The notes under the pieces are model-generated. The model worked only from the letters and a program-made list of their open reading frames with translations, did not search any database and was not told where the DNA came from. Below are positions 58,641 to 64,000 of a stretch of DNA of 64,000 nucleotides, piece by piece; the stretch's first letter is position 1; every line of letters starts with the position of its first letter. A program made the translations under genes and the position numbers. The stretch is from Actinomycetota bacterium (GTDB taxonomy: Bacteria > Actinomycetota > Actinomycetes > Mycobacteriales > SCTD01): assembly GCA_046723735.1 (NCBI GenBank), contig JBKOVB010000114.1, positions 8,498 to 72,497 on the forward strand, written 5' to 3'.

Positions 58641-58642
58641 CC

Positions 58643-59446
58643 ATGCGCTACGCCGTCCTGTCCGACGTCCACGCCAACCTGACCGCGCTCACCGCCGTTC
58701 TCGAGGCGCTCGACGACGTGGACGCCTACCTGTGCACGGGGGACCTCGTCGGGTACGGCCCGAGCCCCAACGAGTGCGTCGAGCTCCTGGCGGCCATCGG
58801 GGCGGTCTGCGTGGCCGGCAACCATGACCTCATCGCGGTGGGCGCGCTGGACGAGACGCAATCGGGTCTGCTGGCGCGGCAGACCCTCGCCTGGACGCGC
58901 CGCGTCATGACCCCTGCCGCCAGGGCCTACTTGCAGGCGCTGCCCCGGACGACCACCGTGGCCGAGCTGCTGCTGGCTCACGGCTCCCCGGAGGACCCTG
59001 AGGAGTACGTCCTCCGGCCGGAGCGGGCCGTCGAGATCCTCGCGAAGGTCGAGGACCCGCAGGTGACCACGGTCCTGCTGGGGCACACCCACCATCAGTG
59101 GGTCGTCGGGGCGGCGGAAGGCGTGCTGCTGCACCGGCGCACGGGCCGGGTCGACCTGGTGCAGGGCCAGCGGTACCTCCTCAACGCGGGCAGTGTCGGG
59201 CAGTCACGGGACGGCGACGCGCTGGCCCGCTTCCTGGTGCTGGACACGACGGAGCGCACGGCCGAGATGAAGGCGGTCGAGTACGACGTGCGCGCCTCCA
59301 GCGCGGCGCTGCGCGCGGCGGGACTCCCCGTGCGTGCTCTGCACGCCACCGACCACTCGCCGCGCGAGCTCGCTCTCGGCGCCCGGCGCCGGCTCCGGCG
59401 GGCGACCGAGCGCTGGACCGGGCGCCCCCTGCGGCCTCGCGTCTGA
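58643..59446 (+). CDS. Metallophosphoesterase (YfcE/MJ0936-like)
   Basis: SDVHAN, GDLVGYGP, GNHD and GHTH motifs appear in the canonical order. It starts 2 nt after the ATP-grasp stop. Confidence 0.85.
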   Translation: MRYAVLSDVHANLTALTAVLEALDDVDAYLCTGDLVGYGPSPNECVELLAAIGAVCVAGNHDLIAVGALDETQSGLLARQTLAWTRRVMTPAARAYLQALPRTTTVAELLLAHGSPEDPEEYVLRPERAVEILAKVEDPQVTTVLLGHTHHQWVVGAAEGVLLHRRTGRVDLVQGQRYLLNAGSVGQSRDGDALARFLVLDTTERTAEMKAVEYDVRASSAALRAAGLPVRALHATDHSPRELALGARRRLRRATERWTGRPLRPRV

Positions 59447-59487
59447 GCCAACCGCCAGGGCAGTCCCACTGGGTGGAACCACAGCGC

Positions 59488-59500
59488 TTACCGCCGGTAA
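59488..59500. promoter_or_regulatory. 13-bp palindrome TTACCG-C-CGGTAA (candidate operator)
   Basis: Perfect 6-bp arms flank one central base, 56 nt upstream of the GT4 GTG at 59556. Confidence 0.35.
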
Positions 59501-59555
59501 CAGGTGCTCGCTACCCTGTGTGCTCCTTTTGTGTCCCCGATCGACAGGAGCGCCG

Positions 59556-60833
59556 GTGCCGGACTCCCCGGTGGCTGCCGACGGCGGCCGCCCCCTTCGC
59601 ATCGCGCTCCTGTCCTATCGGAGCAAGCCGCACTGCGGCGGTCAGGGCGTCTACGTCCGGCACCTGTCCCGGGAGCTCGTCGGGCTCGGGCACGAGGTCG
59701 AGGTGCTGAGCGGGCCGCCGTACCCGTTGCTCGACCCCGGCGTCGACCTGACGCCCTTGCCGAGCCTCGACCTCTACCGCGACCCGGACCCGTTCCGGGT
59801 GCCGTGGCCGCGCGAGTTCAAGACGCTGATCGACGTCCTCGAGTTCGGGATCATGTGCACGGCGGGCTTCCCGGAGCCGCTGACCTTCAGCCTCCGGGCC
59901 CACCGCGCGCTGCGCGACCGCGCCGTGAAGCCGGACATCATCCACGACAACCAGACGCTCGGTTACGGGATGCTGCTCATGCAGCGCGACGGCCTGCCGG
60001 TGATCGCGAACGTGCACCACCCGATCACCGTGGACAAGAGGCTCGACCTGGCCGCGTCACCGCTGCGCAAGAAGTTCTCCAAGTGGCGCTGGTACGGCTT
60101 CCTGGGGATGCAGGGCCGGGTCGTACGCCGGATGCCGACCCTCATGACCGTCAGCGAGAACTCCTTCGACGACATCGTCAGCGACTTCGGCGTCGACCCG
60201 GAGCTCATGCGCGTCATCCCCGTCGGGGTGGAGCACGACGTGTTCGTGCCGCCGACGCTGCCGCGCGTGCCGGGCAGGATCGTCGCGACGGCCAGCGCCG
60301 ACCACCCGCTGAAAGGCATCGTCCCGCTGCTCGAGGCCGTCGCGAAGCTGCGCACCGAGCGCGACGTGGAGCTCGTCGTCGTCGGCAAGGCGCAGTCCGA
60401 CGGCGCCGCGGCCCGCACCGTGGAGCGGCTGGGCCTGAAGGACACCGTGCGGTTCGTCTCCGGCCTGTCGGAGGACGAGCTCGTCGCGACCTTCGGGTCG
60501 GCGCAGGTCGGCGTCGTGCCCAGCCTCTACGAAGGGTTCAGCCTGCCCGCCATCGAGCTCATGTCGTGCGCCACGCCGCTCGTGTGCACCACGGCCGGCG
60601 CGCTGCCCGAGGTCGTCGGCGACGCCGCCCTGCAGGTGCCCCCTGGCGACCCGGAGGCGCTCGCCGCCACGATCAAGCGGGTCCTCGACGACGAGGACCT
60701 CGCCGCCGACCTCGGCGCCCGGGGGCGGGACCGGGTCATGACCCGCTACACCTGGCGCTCCGTCGCCGAGCAGACCGTCGCCTGGTACCGCGACCACCTC
60801 GCCGCCACCAAGGGGGAGGCCCTGCCGTGCTGA
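59556..60833 (+). CDS. Glycosyltransferase family 4 (GT-B)
   Basis: An AGGAG SD lies 6 nt upstream of the GTG. RIALLSYRSKPHCGGQGVYVRHLSREL at the N-terminus and PSLYEGFSLPAIELMSCATPLV (E-x7-E). Confidence 0.85.
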   Translation: MPDSPVAADGGRPLRIALLSYRSKPHCGGQGVYVRHLSRELVGLGHEVEVLSGPPYPLLDPGVDLTPLPSLDLYRDPDPFRVPWPREFKTLIDVLEFGIMCTAGFPEPLTFSLRAHRALRDRAVKPDIIHDNQTLGYGMLLMQRDGLPVIANVHHPITVDKRLDLAASPLRKKFSKWRWYGFLGMQGRVVRRMPTLMTVSENSFDDIVSDFGVDPELMRVIPVGVEHDVFVPPTLPRVPGRIVATASADHPLKGIVPLLEAVAKLRTERDVELVVVGKAQSDGAAARTVERLGLKDTVRFVSGLSEDELVATFGSAQVGVVPSLYEGFSLPAIELMSCATPLVCTTAGALPEVVGDAALQVPPGDPEALAATIKRVLDDEDLAADLGARGRDRVMTRYTWRSVAEQTVAWYRDHLAATKGEALPC

Positions 60834-61561
60834 CCGTCGACTTCGAGCAGTTCCCCGTGGGCCCGGGAGACCGGGTCCTCGACATGGGGTGCGGCGGCGG
60901 GCGGCACGCGTTCGCGCTGTACCGGCGCGGCGCGCATGTCGTGGCCCTCGACTACAGCCACGACGACCTCGTCGAGGTCCGCACCATGTTCGGCGCCATG
61001 GCCGACGAGGGCGAGGTGCCCCAGCACGCGCAGGCCCAGGCGGTCCGCGGCACGGCGTACGCGCTGCCGTTCGCCGACGAGACGTTCGACCGCGTCGTGG
61101 CCGCCGAGGTGCTGGAGCACCTGCCCGCGGACACCGACGCCATTGCCGAGCTGTTCCGGGTGCTCAAGCCGGGTGGCCTGATCGCTGTCACGGTGCCACG
61201 CTGGCTGCCCGAGCAGGTCTGCTGGGCGCTCTCTGACGCCTACCACAACGTCGAGGGTGGCCACGTCCGCATCTACAAGGGCACCGAGCTCGTGCGACGG
61301 CTCGAGGACACCGGGCTGGTCTTCGAGGGGCGGCACCACGCGCACGGGCTGCACTCGCCGTACTGGTGGCTGAAGTGCGCGGTCGGGGTGTCGAACGACG
61401 GCAACCCCCTCGTGAAGGCCTACCACCGGCTGCTGGTCTGGGACATGGTCAAGCAGCCGCTCCTGACCCGGGTCGCGGAGCGGGTCCTGCAGCCGCTGGT
61501 CGGCAAGTCGCTCGTCGTCTACCTGCGCAAGCCCGAGAGGACCGCCCGTGCGGCGGCCTGA
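60827..61561 (+). CDS. Class I SAM-dependent methyltransferase
   Basis: The GTG overlaps the GT4 3' end. VLDMGCGGGRH (motif I), FDRVVAAEVLEHL and VLKPGGLIAVTV. Confidence 0.8.
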   Translation: MLTVDFEQFPVGPGDRVLDMGCGGGRHAFALYRRGAHVVALDYSHDDLVEVRTMFGAMADEGEVPQHAQAQAVRGTAYALPFADETFDRVVAAEVLEHLPADTDAIAELFRVLKPGGLIAVTVPRWLPEQVCWALSDAYHNVEGGHVRIYKGTELVRRLEDTGLVFEGRHHAHGLHSPYWWLKCAVGVSNDGNPLVKAYHRLLVWDMVKQPLLTRVAERVLQPLVGKSLVVYLRKPERTARAAA

Positions 61562-62624
61562 GCTGCGCGGCCTGCCGGGGGTCCTCACCCGCGAGCAGCT
61601 GCAGCAGACCGTCGACGCCATCGCCGCAGTGCAGCAGCCGTGCGGCTCGCTGCCCTGGCCCGACGGGCACACCGACGCCTGGGACCACGTCGAGTGCGCG
61701 ATGGTCCTCACGCTCGGCGGGAGGCTCGAGGAGGCGCAGCAGGCGTACGCGTGGCTCCGTCGTACCCAGGCCACCGACGGCTCATGGGCGACGTCGTACG
61801 ACCAGCTCGAGGTCCTCGACCCGATGGTCGACGTGAACCAGTGCGCCTACGTCGCCGTGGGCATCTGGCAGTGGTGGATGGTGACTGGCGACCGGTCGCT
61901 GCCAGAGCAGATGTGGCCGCACATCCGGCGTGCCCTCGACCTGGTGTGCGACATGCAGCACCCGGGCGGGCACATCCTGTGGGCCCACGACGCCGGGGTG
62001 CCGCGCCAGGAGGCGCTGCTCACCGGATCCTCGTCGATGTACCAGTCGCTGCGCTGTGGCATCGCGCTCGCGGAGCTGCTCGGGGAGCCCCAGCCGGAGT
62101 GGGAGCTCGCGGCCGGGCTGCTGCAGCACGCGGTGGCGCACCACCCCGAGGTGTTCGCCGACAAGAGCCGGTTCTCGATGGACTGGTACTACCCGGTGCT
62201 CGGCGGCGCTGTCCGGGGCAAGGCGGCCCAGTCGTTGTTCGACAAGCACTGGGACACCTTCGTCGTACCAGGCCTCGGCGCGCGGTGCGTCAGCGACCGG
62301 CCGTGGGTGACGGGTGCCGAGACGGCCGAGCTCGCCATGGCGCTGCTCGTCGCCGGCGACCCGGACCGGGCCCGGCAGATGCTCCTCGACGTCCAGCACC
62401 TCCGCCACGACGACGGCTCGTACTGGACCGGTCTCGTGTACGACGAGGACGTCCGCTGGCCGGAGGAGCGCAGCTCCTGGACCGCCGCTGCCATGGTGCT
62501 CGCGGCCGACGCCCTCGCGGGCGGCCCGACGCTGGCGCTGTTCGCCGGCGACGACCTCCCGACCGGCGTGCTGCTCCCCGAGGACGTCTGCCTCGAGGAC
62601 AGCGCCCACTGCACGGCGCTCTGA
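61548..62624 (+). CDS. Prenyltransferase / squalene-oxidase-repeat ((alpha/alpha)6 barrel) protein, cytoplasmic
   Basis: Repeated Q/DGSW-type motifs (QATDGSWATSY, HDDGSYWTGL, QQPCGSLPW) are typical of terpenoid-cyclase/prenyltransferase-fold repeats. There is no signal peptide, and it overlaps the methyltransferase by 14 nt. Confidence 0.6.
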   Translation: MRRPELRGLPGVLTREQLQQTVDAIAAVQQPCGSLPWPDGHTDAWDHVECAMVLTLGGRLEEAQQAYAWLRRTQATDGSWATSYDQLEVLDPMVDVNQCAYVAVGIWQWWMVTGDRSLPEQMWPHIRRALDLVCDMQHPGGHILWAHDAGVPRQEALLTGSSSMYQSLRCGIALAELLGEPQPEWELAAGLLQHAVAHHPEVFADKSRFSMDWYYPVLGGAVRGKAAQSLFDKHWDTFVVPGLGARCVSDRPWVTGAETAELAMALLVAGDPDRARQMLLDVQHLRHDDGSYWTGLVYDEDVRWPEERSSWTAAAMVLAADALAGGPTLALFAGDDLPTGVLLPEDVCLEDSAHCTAL

Positions 62625-62629
62625 GCGCT

Positions 62630-62671
62630 GCCGTCCGGACCGGAGTCGTGTTGCGCCCCGGTCCGGACGGC
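62630..62671. terminator. Perfect 14-bp-stem hairpin between convergent genes (bidirectional terminator candidate)
   Basis: GCCGTCCGGACCGG, a 14-nt loop, then CCGGTCCGGACGGC. It begins 6 nt after the 62624 stop and lies 38 nt from the 62709 stop. Confidence 0.6.
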
Positions 62672-62708
62672 GTCGGTGGGGCGTGGGGCGACTCCCGTCC
62701 TCGACGGG

Positions 62709-63338
62709 TCAGGTGACCAGCGCGTCCTGACGGCGCAGCACCCGCAGCGACCCGGTCGCGGAGACCTGCTCGAAGGCGCCGCTGTCGACGGCCCGGCACA
62801 CCACGTGCCACGGCGGCCGGCCGCCGTCCTCGGGGTCGGGGAACACGTCGTGCACGGCGAGCAGCCCGCCCACGACCACGTGCGGCGCGAAGGCGGCGTA
62901 GTCGTGCTGCGCCACCTCCTCCGTGTGGTTCCCGTCGAGGAACAGGAACGTCAGCGGCGAGGACCACCAGCGCGCGACCTGCTGCGTGGTGCCGACGACC
63001 GCAGTCACCACGTCGTCGAGGCCCGCGTCCCACAGCGTCCGGCGCAGCGACGGCAGCGTTTCCAGACGGCCCGTGTGCGGGTCGACCAGGGAGGCGTCGT
63101 GCCACTCCCAGCCGGGCTGGTTCTCCTCCGAGCCGCGGTGGTGGTCCAGCGTTGCCAGGTGGGCGCCAACCTCACGGGCGGCCGCACCAAGGTGCACCGT
63201 CGACTTGCCGCAGTAGGTGCCGACCTCGAGCCACAGCCCCGGCGCCGCCCCCAGGGCGGCCGCGTGCAGGGCCGCCGCCTCGTCGTCGGGCAGGAAGCCC
63301 TTGGTGGCAGCGGCCACGGCGAGCAGGTCGGGGGTCAC
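62709..63338 (-). CDS. Class I SAM-dependent methyltransferase (Methyltransf_24 / O-methyltransferase-like)
   Basis: LEVGTYCGKSTVHL (motif I), LFLDGNH and VVGGLLAVHDV. The GTG at 63338 has a GAGAGGA SD. Confidence 0.7.
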   Translation of the reverse strand: MTPDLLAVAAATKGFLPDDEAAALHAAALGAAPGLWLEVGTYCGKSTVHLGAAAREVGAHLATLDHHRGSEENQPGWEWHDASLVDPHTGRLETLPSLRRTLWDAGLDDVVTAVVGTTQQVARWWSSPLTFLFLDGNHTEEVAQHDYAAFAPHVVVGGLLAVHDVFPDPEDGGRPPWHVVCRAVDSGAFEQVSATGSLRVLRRQDALVT

Positions 63339-63446
63339 GGGAGTCCTCTCGAGCAGCGGGCCAACCAGTATCACCCGGCGGGTGAGCTCCCTCTCCTTGC
63401 CCCCTCCGGGGCGGCGGGTGAAGGCTCCGGCGTGGGGGGTGGTCTC

Positions 63447-64000
63447 ATGCACCTGCACCGCGTGGCACCTGACGTCACGGTCCTCAGCGACGGCCAGGAG
63501 ATCCCGGGTCTGGGGGTGCTCCCGGTGAACACGTTCGTGATCACGGGAACGCAGCCCGTGGTTGTCGACACGGGACTCGGTACTCCTGACAAGGACTACC
63601 TGGCCGATCTCGCCCAGGTGATCGACCCGGCAGACGTGCGGTGGATCTGGCTCACGCACCCGGATCGCGACCACACCGGTGGCCTGCTGGCTCTCCTCGA
63701 GGCCGCGCCGCGGGCCCGGCTCGTCACGACCTTCGCCGGCGTCGGGATCTACGGGTGCGAGCACCCGCTGCCGCTGGAGAGGATCTACTTCCTCAACCCG
63801 GGGCAAGAGCTCGACGTGGGTGACCGCACGCTTCTCGCGCTGCGGCCGCCGCTGTTCGACAGTCCCGCCACGACGGGGTTCCTGGACCGGTCGACCGGGA
63901 TCCTGTTCTCCTCCGACTGCTTCGGCGGCCCCCTGCCCTCCGCAGAGCTCGCCACGGCGGGCGACGTACGCGCCGTCGCGCCTGACGACCTCCGGGCCGC
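63447..64000 (+). CDS. MBL-fold metallo-hydrolase (3' end runs off the window)
   Basis: My own translation from the ATG at 63447 gives MHLHRVAPDVTVL...VVVDTGLGT...WIWLTHPDRDHTGG (a variant of the HxHxDH motif)...SSDCFGG. The frame is open to the window end and is not in the ORF track because it has no stop. Confidence 0.75.
   Translation, partial: MHLHRVAPDVTVLSDGQEIPGLGVLPVNTFVITGTQPVVVDTGLGTPDKDYLADLAQVIDPADVRWIWLTHPDRDHTGGLLALLEAAPRARLVTTFAGVGIYGCEHPLPLERIYFLNPGQELDVGDRTLLALRPPLFDSPATTGFLDRSTGILFSSDCFGGPLPSAELATAGDVRAVAPDDLRA

Noticed and set aside
1-64000. Mobile elements, prophage, CRISPR arrays and recognisable defence systems.
   Set aside because: I saw no transposase, integrase, recombinase, Cas, restriction or toxin-antitoxin signature in any frame. 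There are no long terminal or regularly spaced direct repeats. The two inserted glycan blocks have no visible att-like flanking repeats.

Overview
This is a very GC-rich actinobacterial (Actinomycetota) chromosomal segment with about 50 credible protein genes and one tRNA. I saw no rRNA, CRISPR array, transposase, integrase or phage genes.

The backbone is a housekeeping run. From memory, its order matches the Mycobacterium tuberculosis Rv1605-Rv1638 region: hisF, hisI-trpE-(membrane)-trpC-trpB-trpA-lgt, gltBD, pyk, tRNA, pdtaR-like ANTAR regulator, polA, rpsA, coaE, uvrB and an MBL-fold hydrolase.

Three blocks interrupt that backbone:
- A pair of ABC exporter half-transporters sits between hisF and hisI.
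- A roughly 12 kb cell-envelope glycan cluster lies between polA and rpsA. It holds an AftD-like GT-C enzyme, a second GT-C-like membrane protein, a MOP flippase-like protein, an acyltransferase-3, a GT4, a methyltransferase and a DUF3068 protein.
- A roughly 19 kb Wzx/Wzy-type polysaccharide island lies between uvrB and the MBL gene.

The island is the best candidate for an undescribed system. It combines a UDP-HexNAc-type dehydrogenase, a NodB deacetylase, a FemAB-like (aminoacyl-tRNA-type) transferase, an ATP-grasp ligase, a metallophosphoesterase and a secreted malectin/beta-helix protein. It also carries a GT4-methyltransferase-prenyltransferase-fold trio and two tandem LuxR-type response regulators that lack the phospho-acceptor Asp. 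A 9-mer, CTGATACGT, recurs in three of its promoter regions.

Other notable points:
- The single tRNA has a Leu-type D arm and a CAA anticodon but only a 5-nt variable loop.
- An exact PafBC/RecA-NDp promoter motif precedes uvrB.
- Seven start codons sit 6-7 nt downstream of a TAnnnT hexamer, which suggests leaderless transcripts.
- Two short upstream ORFs end on the start codon of the next gene.
- A 45-codon membrane ORF lies antisense to the tail of a larger gene.

Many long ORFs in the six-frame track are GC-driven shadow frames and were discarded. All functional calls rest on reading motifs by eye. No searches were run.
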